DNA from: Eggerthellaceae bacterium
Lineage (GTDB): Bacteria; Actinomycetota; Coriobacteriia; Coriobacteriales; Eggerthellaceae
Length of the DNA stretch: 64,000 nt
Assembly: GCA_045118335.1 (NCBI GenBank)
Contig: JBGUXY010000053.1
Location: 19,365-83,364, forward strand
Direction: 5' to 3'
The notes under the pieces are model-generated. The model was not told where the DNA came from and did not search any database. It was given only the letters and a program-made list of their open reading frames with translations. A program made the position numbers and the translations under genes. Of this stretch, positions 9,643 to 19,502 are shown piece after piece (the stretch's first letter is position 1; every line of letters begins with the position of its first letter).

Positions 9643-10035
9643 ATGGCAGGTGAAGCAGCTTACATCGGCACCGGCCGCAGGAAGAATGCTGTCGCTCGCG
9701 TTCGCCTGGTTCCGGGTACCGGCAAGGTTACCGTCAACGGCAAGGATGCGCTGACCTACTTCGGCCGTCAGGCTCTGGTCGACTTCGCGCTCATGCCCTT
9801 CAAGGTTACCGACACCGAAGGTCATTTCGACGTCATCGCCCGCTGCAACGGCGGCGGCGTGGGCGGCCAGTCCGGCGCCCTGCGTCACGGCATTTCCCGT
9901 GCTCTTCTGGAGGCTGGCGAGTATCGCGCCGAGCTGAAGAAGGCTGGGTATCTGACCCGCGACAGCCGCATGGTCGAGCGCAAGAAGTACGGCCTGAAGA
10001 AGGCCCGCAAGCGCCCGCAGTTCAGCAAGCGCTAA
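9643..10035 (+). CDS. rpsI: 30S ribosomal protein S9
   Basis: [28 protein letters not shown] ... C-terminal [12 protein letters not shown]. The gene lies 3 nt after rplM. Confidence 0.95.
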   Translation: MAGEAAYIGTGRRKNAVARVRLVPGTGKVTVNGKDALTYFGRQALVDFALMPFKVTDTEGHFDVIARCNGGGVGGQSGALRHGISRALLEAGEYRAELKKAGYLTRDSRMVERKKYGLKKARKRPQFSKR

Positions 10036-10041
10036 GGTGGT

Positions 10042-10064
10042 TGCGGCGTTCTACGAACGCCGCA
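10042..10064 (+). terminator. Perfect 10-bp hairpin directly after the rpsI stop
   Basis: TGCGGCGTTC-TAC-GAACGCCGCA. There is no U-tract. Confidence 0.4.
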
Positions 10065-10078
10065 CCTGTCGACGCTGC

Positions 10079-10180
10079 GAAGGGCCCTGGCACCCCATCT
10101 TGCCCCTTGTGCAAGGCGCTGCGCGTACGTCCAGTACGCTTGGCCTTGCGGCGGGGCAACCTGGGGCACCAGGGCCCTTC
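10079..10180 (+). other. Long nested hairpin (about 100 nt), unidentified structured element
   Basis: Outer arms are GAAGGGCCCTGGCACCCCA (10079-10097) and TGGGGCACCAGGGCCCTTC (10162-10180), complementary at 18 of 19 positions. Inner pairs are TTGCCCC/GGGGCAA and GCGTAC/GTACGC. Confidence 0.35.
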
Positions 10181-10238
10181 TCGCTGACTTCCTTGGGCGA
10201 ACCTACGAGGGAGGAGGCGTCGAACCGCCTGCCTCGTC

Positions 10239-10258
10239 GCGACCAGACGGTCGCTTTT
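10239..10258 (+). terminator. Intrinsic-terminator-like hairpin with a U-tract
   Basis: GCGACC-AGAC-GGTCGC followed by TTTT (10255-10258). Confidence 0.45.
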
Positions 10259-10324
10259 GCGCAAGTCGGGCCTATCGCATTCACCAGAATCGCCCTCGCT
10301 GGCTTTGGTGGTCCTGCGATATTT

Positions 10325-10360
10325 GGGGAGTCTCCTTAAGGGGACTCCCTTTGCTGTCTT
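10325..10360 (+). terminator. Second terminator-like hairpin
   Basis: GGGAGTC..(loop with CC/GG extension)..GACTCCC followed by TTTGCTGTCTT. Confidence 0.4.
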
Positions 10361-10438
10361 AGGGCTTGTTACGTGGTTCAAGAATGCTGCTATGATAATT
10401 GCAGTGGAATGTGCGTTCGCTGAGAGATGGGTGTTTTC

Positions 10439-11770
10439 ATGGGTCATAGCGCTGAGCTTCGTGTGTACAAATGTCCCGCGTGTGGCGGTGCGGTGTCGTA
10501 TGATGCTGCGTCGGAGAAGTTAGCGTGCCGTTGGTGTGGCAACGATTTCGATGCGGAGGGGCTTGAAGCTACGGTCGTGTCGGGTGGTTTGAACGGATAC
10601 CTGTGTCCAGAATGCGGTGCGGAGCTCATGTCGGACGATTTCATCGCTGCGACAACCTGCCCGTATTGTGGCAGCAATCAGGTTGCACCCCATCGGTTCG
10701 AAGGCGATTTCAAGCCAGATGGGATCATTCCCTTTTCCATCACCCGCACGCAGGCGCTGAAAAACTATGAACAGACCCTGGCGGAAAAGGAGCTTCTGCC
10801 CGACGACTTTGCGACCAGATCGAGCATAGCCTCGGTGCAGGGCGTGTACGTGCCTTACTGGCTCTTTTCCGGAACGGTTGACTTCGATTTCACGTTTTAC
10901 TGGACAGACAACAGGAAAGACAGCGACTTGTGGGGCTACAAGCGTCGTGTGGGCACATACGAATACACTCAGGTTCCCGCCGATGGGTCCAGGCGCATGC
11001 CCGATGACATGATGGATTCCGTGGAGCCCTTCCAGTTCGATGCCCTCGTGCCGTTTTCGGACGAATACCTGCCCGGTTTCGTGGCGGAGCGCTACACGAT
11101 GGAGCCCGATGCCGTGCGCGAACGCGCCGACCTGCGTGCTAAGAACACGTCTGTGAGAGCCGTGAAAGAGACGCTGGATCTTGATTCGTGGCACTCGAAA
11201 CTCCTCGAGCAGAAGCGGTCGTCCGCCGTTGCGACGTGCGATGGCATCGAGCAGGCGCTGTTGCCCGTGTGGCTCATCGTCGTGCGATATCGCGACCAGA
11301 GCATCCTCGTGGGCGTGAACGGGCAAACGGGCAAAGTCGCCGCAAACCTGCCGATTGACGAGCAGAAGCAAAAGCGCCACCTGCACAAGAAAGGCCGGTT
11401 CGATTTCTGGATGATGTTCATCATCGCTGCAATTATAGGCTTCGGAGGAGCGTTCATCGTCGGCCTCGACCTTCGGGGTGACGTATGGATGTATGGCATG
11501 GAGGAGATAAGAACCAACCCGAGCCTTCATCGCGATTTCATCTTGTCAATCCTGAAGATAACCGGTCTGGTTCTGCTCCCGTTTGTGGCGGGCGCCTTCA
11601 ACCTGCTTGTCTATCGTCCGATTTACAAGGCCAAGATGACTAACTCGATGCAGAACGTGCGCGAAGCTCAGAACGCCGAGGCTTATGGTCGTGGTGCTTT
11701 GAACTTGACGCTGGAAGAATCGAAGAAGGGTCCCATCAGGGACGAAAACAACTGGCCTCCATTGGAATAG
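10439..11770 (+). CDS. Zinc-ribbon-rich, C-terminally membrane-anchored protein, unknown function
   Basis: Track ORF 10427..11770. There are four CxxC knuckles in the first 80 aa (CPACGG, CRWCGN, CPECGA, CPYCGS), then a large soluble domain and hydrophobic helices near the C-terminus (FWMMFIIAAIIGFGGAFIVGL, ITGLVLLPFVAGAFNLLVY). Confidence 0.65.
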   Translation: MGHSAELRVYKCPACGGAVSYDAASEKLACRWCGNDFDAEGLEATVVSGGLNGYLCPECGAELMSDDFIAATTCPYCGSNQVAPHRFEGDFKPDGIIPFSITRTQALKNYEQTLAEKELLPDDFATRSSIASVQGVYVPYWLFSGTVDFDFTFYWTDNRKDSDLWGYKRRVGTYEYTQVPADGSRRMPDDMMDSVEPFQFDALVPFSDEYLPGFVAERYTMEPDAVRERADLRAKNTSVRAVKETLDLDSWHSKLLEQKRSSAVATCDGIEQALLPVWLIVVRYRDQSILVGVNGQTGKVAANLPIDEQKQKRHLHKKGRFDFWMMFIIAAIIGFGGAFIVGLDLRGDVWMYGMEEIRTNPSLHRDFILSILKITGLVLLPFVAGAFNLLVYRPIYKAKMTNSMQNVREAQNAEAYGRGALNLTLEESKKGPIRDENNWPPLE

Positions 11771-12023
11771 GCAAAACGCGCATTGCTGCGCTGGATGATT
11801 ACAACTGTATGGTGAGAAATAGGGGAGGGTTCAACTTATCAGTATCACCGTAATTCGTAGCGGGCTTCAAATGCAAAAGAGAAAAAGTACTCGTTCCCAT
11901 TTCTCGTCCGCAAATGCGAAAATGCACCCGCCCCGTTTCTCATGAGCGTGATATTGAAACGCCTCTTTCATTTCTTCGTATGGAATTGATAGGATGGAAA
12001 CGCCAGCAAGAGAGAGGATCGTC

Positions 12024-12242
12024 ATGTCTGTAGAGAAAGAGCCCCTGCGCAGCGAATTGCTCGAGTCCGTTTCGGGTGGTGCAGACGTTGAGCTTGCCGA
12101 CGATTATCAAAGCAAGTGTCCCAAGTGCGGGAGCACCAACGTAACGATGATTCGCGTTGAGCACGAGATCTCGTCTTATCTTGTCGCCGACTTCAAGTGC
12201 AATGTTTGCGGAACGTATTATATGGACATAATACCCAAGTAG
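12024..12242 (+). CDS. Small peptide: double-glycine leader plus CX2C-X23-CX2C zinc-ribbon-like core (paralog A)
   Basis: Track ORF 11994..12242. ATG 12024 lies 5 nt after GAGAGAGGA. Sequence MSVEKEPLRSELLESVSGG|ADVELADDYQSKCPKCGSTNVTMIRVEHEISSYLVADFKCNVCGTYYMDIIPK. The leader has L(-12), L(-7), V(-4) and GG(-2,-1). Confidence 0.6.
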   Translation: MSVEKEPLRSELLESVSGGADVELADDYQSKCPKCGSTNVTMIRVEHEISSYLVADFKCNVCGTYYMDIIPK

Positions 12243-12255
12243 CACGACAAGGTTT

Positions 12256-13101
12256 TCACTTATCGTTTTTCCAGCGTGCGTTGGGGATGCCATCTTGGCA
12301 GGGGACTCCCACCTGGCATTTGCCGCAACCATATCGGATTTTCCTGCTGCCGGTTTCGGCGATGCGGTTCTTCCCCACGTGAGGAACGCAAGTTTCGTGA
12401 TTCTTGCCCCCCTCTACGCCAAGGCTTGCGTCGATGGCTCCCACGGGACAGTTCCGCTCGCAGACGCCGCACATGATGCAATAGTCAAACGGACCGTTGT
12501 AGTCATGCGGCGTGGGTTCGAAGACGGCGTCGGTGATGACGCTGCCGAACCGCCCAGCCATGCCCTTGCGCGTGATAAGTCCGCGTGAGAGCCCGAACGT
12601 TCCCAGGCCACAAGCGTATGCCACGTGCCGTTCGGACCAGTTGGAAAGGAATGGCCCGAGACGTTTGAACCGTGGGCCGGCAGCAGCATAGACGGCTTGA
12701 TGCCCCGCATCTTTTATCAGACTTTCGAGGTGCTTGCCGAATGCCGCGACCATGTCCTGACCTTCGATACGGGCATGCAGCCACTCGTCGGAAGGCTCGA
12801 TCGGGTCTTGTTGGTTCGAGCGTTTCACCTGGTCGTCGAATGCCATGAAAAACGAGATCACGCTCTTTGCTTCAGGAATCCAATCGGAGGGCAGAAGCGT
12901 TTCAGGTCCTACGACGTAGGGGCGTCTGAACAGCTCGAAATCGGGCGAGTCGGCTTGGGCAACACCGAAAATCGCACTGTCGAAAAGGCGCAAGCCGGCT
13001 AGGCTGGGCCTGATGGCATCTTCGGCGGTAATGTAGTTCAGGGGCTCTTGTTGCAGATAGTCGTTCATCCGAGTAGACAGCTCGGATATGCTCATTGCCA
13101 T
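12256..13101 (-). CDS. 4Fe-4S cluster protein, epoxyqueuosine-reductase / reductive-dehalogenase-like
   Basis: CIMCGVCERNCPVGAI (CxxCxxCxxxCP) plus a second Cys group CGKCQVGVPC. The N-terminal part resembles QueG-type proteins, and the exact function is not resolved. Confidence 0.65.
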   Translation of the reverse strand: MAMSISELSTRMNDYLQQEPLNYITAEDAIRPSLAGLRLFDSAIFGVAQADSPDFELFRRPYVVGPETLLPSDWIPEAKSVISFFMAFDDQVKRSNQQDPIEPSDEWLHARIEGQDMVAAFGKHLESLIKDAGHQAVYAAAGPRFKRLGPFLSNWSERHVAYACGLGTFGLSRGLITRKGMAGRFGSVITDAVFEPTPHDYNGPFDYCIMCGVCERNCPVGAIDASLGVEGGKNHETCVPHVGKNRIAETGSRKIRYGCGKCQVGVPCQDGIPNARWKNDK

Positions 13102-13278
13102 TGCAAGCGCCTTTCCCTCGACCTCTTCGGGTTCTTTGGCTCATTATAGTCTCATTTGCCGAAGCGCTTCTCGCGCTTCATGATATGGCATTCGCTCGCG
13201 GTTTGTTGTTGCTGGCATTATTTGGGGTAATGGTAAGATGGCAAACATGGTGCTTCAGTGCAGGGGTTGGTGAGCTTC

Positions 13279-13860
13279 ATGAGGCGGCAAACCGTCATTG
13301 GCATTATCAGCGATACACACGGCAGTCTTCCGAATGCCGTGCTCGATGTCTTCTCGGGCAGGCAGGACGGCGTGCAGGTGCTTGAAGAATGCTACGTTGA
13401 TGGAACTGGCGAAGATGTGCCCGCCCCCCGCGTGGTGGACTGCATCGTCCACGCGGGGGATATCGGCGAGCTTGCACCGATATCCCAGGGTGTTCTCGAC
13501 GCTTTGCAGGCAATTGCGCCTGTGCATGTCGTACGGGGAAACCGCGACGTTGCGGGTTACGTTGCAGGAGGAGAACCCGTTTCCGAACAGCTGTGTGCAT
13601 TCGAATCGTGCGGAATCGAAATAGCCGTCATGCACAAACCAGAAGACTTAAGGGCGGCGCTCGAGTGTGCGAGCACGAAGCCTCGCGTGCAGATCCACGG
13701 GCACACACATGTGCCGAAGGTTCGCAGGATAGGCAATCGCTTGCTGCTGTGTCCAGGCGCCATATCCAGGCCAAAAGGCGATTGGCCCTGCCGTAGCGTG
13801 GCGTTGCTCTACCTAGAAGAACCAGGCAAGCTCATTGGCGCGCAGATTCTGAAGGTCTAG
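13279..13860 (+). CDS. YfcE/MJ0936-family metallophosphoesterase
   Basis: Track ORF 13258..13860. Motifs: IISDTHG, VHAGDIG, VRGNRD, HGHTH. Confidence 0.8.
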   Translation: MRRQTVIGIISDTHGSLPNAVLDVFSGRQDGVQVLEECYVDGTGEDVPAPRVVDCIVHAGDIGELAPISQGVLDALQAIAPVHVVRGNRDVAGYVAGGEPVSEQLCAFESCGIEIAVMHKPEDLRAALECASTKPRVQIHGHTHVPKVRRIGNRLLLCPGAISRPKGDWPCRSVALLYLEEPGKLIGAQILKV

Positions 13861-13900
13861 ATATCGAGGGCTGTCCGCATGTTTGGGAGATAAGGCCTAT

Positions 13901-14251
13901 CTAGAGAAGGGAGTCTCCCCATTCTTTTTCGCGGAAACCCACGAGAACCGTGTTCTCGAGCACGAGCAATGGGCGCTTCACGAGCATCCCGTTGCTGGCG
14001 AGCAGCTCGAACATCTCGTCTTCGTTCATGTTGGGGAGCTTGTCTTTCAGGTGCATGTCGCGATACAGCATGCCCGACGTGTTGAAGAACCGCTTCAGCG
14101 GAAGTCCGCTGAGCTCATGCCATGCCCGCAGTTCGTCTGCGTTGGGATTGTTATCCACGATGTGCCGTCCTTCGAACGCGATATCGTGGTCGGCCAGCCA
14201 TTTTGCAGCTTTCTTGCATGTGGTGCATTTAGGATAGTGTACGAACAGCAC
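13901..14251 (-). CDS. ArsC/Spx/MgsR-family (YffB-like) thioredoxin-fold protein
   Basis: MLFVHYPKCTTCKKAAKWLADHDIAFEGRHIVDNNP ... LASNGMLVKRPLLV is characteristic of the family. Confidence 0.8.
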   Translation of the reverse strand: MLFVHYPKCTTCKKAAKWLADHDIAFEGRHIVDNNPNADELRAWHELSGLPLKRFFNTSGMLYRDMHLKDKLPNMNEDEMFELLASNGMLVKRPLLVLENTVLVGFREKEWGDSLL

Positions 14252-14395
14252 GTCAACCTCCTTGAGGGGAAACGCAAAGGACTACGTCCACGGTAGCACA
14301 CTCTCGAAGCGCACAACTCGACGACGTAGGGTCAGTGTGCAAAACGCTTCCAGCAGGAGCGATGCATCAATATCTGGCAGATTGGCCGTTTTCCC

Positions 14396-15157
14396 CTATC
14401 GCGTTTGGATGTAGGGTATGTAGAATGCTTGCCAATCGTCGAGGCGCAGGATTCCCAAGTTAAAGCCATAGACGCAACCGCAGTCTATGCAGTGCTTATG
14501 ACCCCAGTGCATCATGTGTGCCCGACGTCCTTCTTCCAAGACCTCGTCGGGGCAAGTGTAGGTAGGCAGGTGCTCGCATAGCGCAAAGGTGGGAGTATGT
14601 CCCGAGACCACGTGAAAGGGCGGATCTGCGGATAGCCGGTACCACCCGACACCGATCCAGAGCAGGTCCTGCTCTGCTTGAACGAGCCATGCGTCTGGTT
14701 CGCAGCCGGGTTCGGCTGGTCGCATGCCGGCATGGCTCATGAACACGAACTCGTCTTCCATTTGCACGCCAAGTGCCTTTGGGGCATGTCTGACAATATG
14801 CTGGAACGCATCGACAACTGCAGGGTCGAGCTTGCGCATCTGACCGAGGGTCTTTCTGCCTCCATTTTGCTTCCAATCGTTGACGCAAGCTTCATCGAAG
14901 CGAAAATCCGACCAAGCACCCAAAAGCGACCAATCGGCCAATTCCTCGTGGTTGCCCATGACGAAGTGGATGTTCGAGCCTGGCCCGTTCGCGTCGTTTT
15001 GCACCAGCCACTCGATGCAGGCGCCTATCTGCGGTCCTCGGTCGATGATGTCGCCCAAGATGAAGAGCTGGTCGGCGTCGCCAAACTCCACCATGCGCAA
15101 AGCCGCTTGGAATTCGTCGAAACAACCGTGGATGTCGGATATGGCAAAAACGCTCAT
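14396..15157 (-). CDS. Ser/Thr-phosphatase-type metallophosphoesterase (ApaH/PrpE-like)
   Basis: Motifs: AISDIHG, ILGDIIDRG, GNHE, SGHT. Confidence 0.8.
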   Translation of the reverse strand: MSVFAISDIHGCFDEFQAALRMVEFGDADQLFILGDIIDRGPQIGACIEWLVQNDANGPGSNIHFVMGNHEELADWSLLGAWSDFRFDEACVNDWKQNGGRKTLGQMRKLDPAVVDAFQHIVRHAPKALGVQMEDEFVFMSHAGMRPAEPGCEPDAWLVQAEQDLLWIGVGWYRLSADPPFHVVSGHTPTFALCEHLPTYTCPDEVLEEGRRAHMMHWGHKHCIDCGCVYGFNLGILRLDDWQAFYIPYIQTR

Positions 15158-15177
15158 GCGGGACTGTCGCTTTGAGC

Positions 15178-15801
15178 CTAGAAACCGCAGCAGGTGATGC
15201 CGTACGTGTCGTTGATGGTTTCGTATGCATCTGCAGCATCGGTGACTACGCCTGTTACGGGGGCGGGTTGCCCGGCGGCATCGCTGGTGAGCTTGCTCAG
15301 CGTAATGATCGTGCCGGTTTCGAGTCCTTCCAGGTTAACGATGCCGTCTTGAACAAGGCTTTCCGAAAGAGCCGTCAAATCTCCGTCGGCGCGATCGCGT
15401 GCCGGTTCGTACACGTATACCGTTGCATCCATTTCAGAGGCGGCCTTCTGGGCTTCGGCGATGATGGCGGCAGAAGCCTCGTCGGAAGCATCGGCTATCA
15501 CAACGGCTGCTTGAGCCTTGTTCTGGGCAATCCATACGAGCTGGTCGTATCCGATCAGGTCCAGGTTGTCGCCGTTTTCCAAGCCATAGGTTTCCGCCAG
15601 ATAAGCGCCCTCGTCAATGCCGAAGTCGACCTCGGGCATTTCGGAAGAAGGCGTTTGCGCATCGCCGGCAGCTGCCGTATCCGAATCGGCTGTTGTGGAT
15701 GCGGCCTCGTCAAGCACGTCGGCTGCCTGCTCGCTTGCCTGCGAGCAGCCCATAAGCAAACCTATTGCCACAATGCAAAAAACAATCGCGAATCTCTTCA
15801 T
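15178..15801 (-). CDS. Putative lipoprotein, unknown function
   Basis: Signal peptide with lipobox MKRFAIVFCIVAIGLLMGC, followed by an acidic low-complexity mature part. Confidence 0.7.
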   Translation of the reverse strand: MKRFAIVFCIVAIGLLMGCSQASEQAADVLDEAASTTADSDTAAAGDAQTPSSEMPEVDFGIDEGAYLAETYGLENGDNLDLIGYDQLVWIAQNKAQAAVVIADASDEASAAIIAEAQKAASEMDATVYVYEPARDRADGDLTALSESLVQDGIVNLEGLETGTIITLSKLTSDAAGQPAPVTGVVTDAADAYETINDTYGITCCGF

Positions 15802-16132
15802 TCCTATGCTGCCTTTCTAGTCGCAAGCCATGCTCATTATATGATTGCAGTTTCGCTAGCGCTGCTGAAAAACGTAGCTTTAAGGGAAATGTTCACGGGT
15901 CTTCTCCTGGCGCTACACGTTCGAAGTGCATTGGGCTTGCCAACGGCGGATGCAAATTATTTGACAACGGTCTTAAAAGACGCTCACCGTGCGGAAAAAT
16001 GCTGTTGTTCAAGTCGTTTGGGGTCGCAAGTGCCCAGCGGGTAGTTTAATGTCGGATATTACGCTTACCCTGAAGAGCTGGGGAAAACGCGCAGTTCACC
16101 TACTGCGATGCAGAGCTAGAGGAGCAGCTGGC

Positions 16133-18223
16133 ATGGTTGATATCACCGAAAACTACGGGTCCATGGTCTTCAGCGACCGCACGATGCGCGAGCGCATCCC
16201 GTCCGTGACATATAAAAAGCTTGCCAAAACCATCAAGGAAGGCAAGCCGTTGGACCTGGAAGTGGCCAATGCCGTGGCGCACGCCATGAAAACCTGGGCC
16301 ATCGAAAACGGCGCCACGCACTACACGCACTGGTTCCAGCCGCTTTCCGGCATCACGAGCGAAAAGCACGACAGCTTCATCGAGCCGACAGGCGACGGCG
16401 GTGCCATCACGAAGTTTTCCGGCAAGGAGCTCATCCAGGGCGAGCCCGACGCTTCCAGCTTCCCTTCGGGCGGCTTGCGTGCCACGTTCGAAGCCCGTGG
16501 CTACACGGCATGGGACCCCACGAGCTTTGCGTTCATCAAGGACGAGGTCCTGTGCGTGCCCACCGCGTTTTGCAGCTATACGGGCGAGGCGCTGGACAAG
16601 AAAACGCCACTGTTGCGCTCCATGAAGGCCATCGACGAGCAGGCCAGGCGCGTGTTGTCGTTTTTCGGGGAAGCGGGACATCGCGTGGTTCCCACCGTGG
16701 GAAGCGAGCAGGAATACTTTCTCATCTCCGAGAAAGACTACGAGCGCAGGTCCGATCTGATGCTCACCGGCCGCACGCTTTTCGGCGCACCGCCGTGCAA
16801 GGGCCAGGAACTCGAAGAGCACTACTTCGGCGCCATACGGCCCACGGTGAACTCCTTCATGAAGGAGCTAGACGAAGAGCTGTGGAAGCTGGGCGTGCCC
16901 GCCAAGACCAAGCACAACGAAGTGGCTCCCTGCCAGCATGAGCTTGCCCCGGTGTTTTCAGAATGCAATCGTGCCATCGACGAGAACCTGCTCACCATGG
17001 AGCTGATGAAGCTCATCGCATCGCACTACGGTCTGGTATGCCTGCAGCATGAGAAGCCGTTCGCGGGCATCAACGGAAGCGGCAAGCATGACAACTGGTC
17101 GCTTTCCTGCGACGGCACGAACCTGTTGGAACCTGGTGAGACCCCGCAGTCTAACTTGCGGTTCCTGATTTTCTTAAGCTGCATCGTTGCTGCCGTTGAC
17201 GACTACCAGGAATTGCTACGCATGTCCATTGCGTCGGCTGGCAACGATCACCGCTTGGGTGCCGACGAGGCCCCGCCCGCCATCGTTTCCATTTTCCTCG
17301 GCGATGACCTGGGTGAATTGGTGGAAGCGTTCATCCACGACTGGACGTACAAGGGCGTGCAGAAATCCACGATGCACTTGGGCGTGGACGTGCTGCCCGA
17401 TTTCACGAAGGATAACACCGATCGCAACCGCACGAGCCCCTTTGCCTTCACCGGCAACAAGTTCGAGTTCCGCATGCCGGGCAGCCAGGTGAACCTTGCT
17501 GATGCGAACATGATTCTGAACACAGCGGTCGCTCACGAGCTGAAGCTTTTCGCCGATGAGATGGATCAGGTGAAAGATTGCGATTTCCGCGAAGCAGCGT
17601 ATGACTACATCAAACAGTCCTTCGCCAGCCATCGGCGAATTATCTTCAACGGTAACGGCTATTCTGAAGAGTGGCATGAGGAGGCCGCTCGACGTGGGTT
17701 GGCCAACCACCGCACGACGGCCGACGCGCTGCCCTGTTTCGTGGACCAGAAATCGCTGGACCTGTTTGCCGAATTCGGCGTGCTCACGGAAAGTGAAGCC
17801 TATAGTCGGTACGAAGTGAAACTCGACAAGTACATCAAGCTCATGAACATCGAGTCGAACGTGATGGAGCGCATGGTGCGACGTACATACCTGCCTGTGA
17901 TCAGCGCATATTCTACAAAGGTTGCGAAAGGTATCAGCACCGTGGTAGATGCCATGCCGCAGGCCCTGCTGGAATACGAGCGCCGTGAGCTCACGCTCCT
18001 TACCGAAGGCGTGACCGAAATATACACTGCACTCGACGCCTTGGCCGAAGCCCATGCGCACGCAAAGGCCATCGAGGACTCGCAAGAGATGGCAAACGCC
18101 TATGCCCACCAGGTCATTCCCGCCATGGAGCGCTTGCGTTGCGCCATCGACGCCATGGAGCCTATAGTCGCGCGCGACTACTGGCCCGTTCCCACCTACA
18201 ACGACATACTCTTTTATGCTTAG
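16133..18223 (+). CDS. glnN: Glutamine synthetase, type III
   Basis: Track ORF 15989..18223. ATG 16133 follows GAGGAG. The product is about 696 aa. The N-terminus [30 protein letters not shown] and [20 protein letters not shown] are typical of GSIII. Confidence 0.9.
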   Translation: MVDITENYGSMVFSDRTMRERIPSVTYKKLAKTIKEGKPLDLEVANAVAHAMKTWAIENGATHYTHWFQPLSGITSEKHDSFIEPTGDGGAITKFSGKELIQGEPDASSFPSGGLRATFEARGYTAWDPTSFAFIKDEVLCVPTAFCSYTGEALDKKTPLLRSMKAIDEQARRVLSFFGEAGHRVVPTVGSEQEYFLISEKDYERRSDLMLTGRTLFGAPPCKGQELEEHYFGAIRPTVNSFMKELDEELWKLGVPAKTKHNEVAPCQHELAPVFSECNRAIDENLLTMELMKLIASHYGLVCLQHEKPFAGINGSGKHDNWSLSCDGTNLLEPGETPQSNLRFLIFLSCIVAAVDDYQELLRMSIASAGNDHRLGADEAPPAIVSIFLGDDLGELVEAFIHDWTYKGVQKSTMHLGVDVLPDFTKDNTDRNRTSPFAFTGNKFEFRMPGSQVNLADANMILNTAVAHELKLFADEMDQVKDCDFREAAYDYIKQSFASHRRIIFNGNGYSEEWHEEAARRGLANHRTTADALPCFVDQKSLDLFAEFGVLTESEAYSRYEVKLDKYIKLMNIESNVMERMVRRTYLPVISAYSTKVAKGISTVVDAMPQALLEYERRELTLLTEGVTEIYTALDALAEAHAHAKAIEDSQEMANAYAHQVIPAMERLRCAIDAMEPIVARDYWPVPTYNDILFYA

Positions 18224-18238
18224 GCAGTGGGAGAGAGC

Positions 18239-19183
18239 ATGGATATCTGGAACAAGGAAAAGCAGCAAGCGTTGGTCTCGGCGCTACGTGATGCCGTGGG
18301 AATGGAAAACATTCTGCTTGACGAGCCTATGTCAAAGCATACGACCTTCAAGATCGGCGGGCCGGCGGATGCGTACGTGGTGCCGCAAACCATCGAAGAC
18401 CTGGCGCGAGTTTGGCGTCTGTGCAAACAGGCTGCTGCTCCCGTGCGCATAATCGGGTGCGGTAGCGACTTGCTCGTGTCTGATTCCGGCTTGCGGGGCG
18501 TGGTGGTGCAGGTTTGCGAGAATCTCTCCAACATCGACGTACAGGATACGACGCTGCGCGTGCAAGCGGGTGCCACGAACGAGCAAGTAGCTCAAGCTGC
18601 CCTTGAAGCGGGCTTGACTGGTTACGAGTTCGCCTGCGGCATTCCCGGCACGGTCGGTGGCGCCGCCATCATGAATGCAGGTGCCTACAATGGCGAGTTC
18701 AAGAACGTGTGCGTGGAGTTGACCTGCATCAACCTCGAAGGAGACCTCGTCACCGTTACCCGCGAAGATGCCGATTGGAGCTATCGTCATTCCATGATGT
18801 CTGACGTTGGCTACGTGGTGGCCGAAGCCGTGCTGCAACTGCAGCCTTCCGATTGTGGGCAGGTTCGCGCAACCATGGACGACCTTCAGGCGCGTCGCTC
18901 GGAAAAGCAGCCGCTCGAGATGCCGAGTGCCGGTTCCACCTTCAAGCGACCCGAAGGCCATTTTGCCGGCAAGCTTATCCAAGACAGCGGCATGCAAGGT
19001 CGGTGCGTTGGAGGCGCTCAGGTTTCCACCAAACATGCGGGTTTCGTGGTCAACGCCGATGGTGCTACGGCCGAAGACGTGCGCAACCTCATCGCGCTCG
19101 TGCAAGAGGAAGTGCAACGGCAGTTCGGCGTCGCTCTCGAGCCGGAGGTTCGCATGTGGGGCTTTGACGATACCGTCGATTAG
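18239..19183 (+). CDS. murB: UDP-N-acetylenolpyruvoylglucosamine reductase
   Basis: Track ORF 18227..19183. MSKHTTFKIGGPADAYVVPQ ... GSTFKRPEG ... GGAQVSTKHAGFVVN. Confidence 0.9.
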   Translation: MDIWNKEKQQALVSALRDAVGMENILLDEPMSKHTTFKIGGPADAYVVPQTIEDLARVWRLCKQAAAPVRIIGCGSDLLVSDSGLRGVVVQVCENLSNIDVQDTTLRVQAGATNEQVAQAALEAGLTGYEFACGIPGTVGGAAIMNAGAYNGEFKNVCVELTCINLEGDLVTVTREDADWSYRHSMMSDVGYVVAEAVLQLQPSDCGQVRATMDDLQARRSEKQPLEMPSAGSTFKRPEGHFAGKLIQDSGMQGRCVGGAQVSTKHAGFVVNADGATAEDVRNLIALVQEEVQRQFGVALEPEVRMWGFDDTVD

Positions 19184-19210
19184 CCCCATTGCGCAAAGAC
19201 ACCATGACAG

Positions 19211-19240
19211 CCCCAGCTTATCAAGCTGGGGTTTTTCTTT
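19211..19240 (+). terminator. Rho-independent terminator after murB
   Basis: CCCCAGCTT-ATCA-AGCTGGGG followed by TTTTTCTTT. Confidence 0.8.
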
Positions 19241-19502
19241 CATGTGAAAGCCATAGTAAGGGGCAGTCCCTTCTCATAACCTAGATTTTAAGATTATTGG
19301 CTGCTGCCAGGTGTTTGCAGCTCTGTCGCTATCTGATGGTACCCGAAGTGCACAAGTACGCACAGAAAGAGGGACTGAACGATTATGCAGAGTTTTAAAC
19401 TACGCTTTCGTTTTCTTCCAGGGTGCAACTGCTTCAGTTATTTTGGCACGAAGCGCTTGTTCCCCGAAACGGTTTCGCATGATGTTCGTAAGATTAGACG
19501 AG

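Noticed and set aside
10079-10180. Possible SRP (4.5S) or 6S RNA identity for the long hairpin after rpsI
   Set aside because: The conserved SRP helix-8 GGAA tetraloop and AGCA-type loop motifs are not present. No 6S-like central bubble could be argued by eye. It is kept only as an unidentified structure.
10205-10237. GGTTCGA-containing hairpin on the minus strand resembling a tRNA T-arm
   Set aside because: The loop is 6 nt rather than 7. No acceptor, D or anticodon arms can be built around it, and there is no CCA-compatible end.
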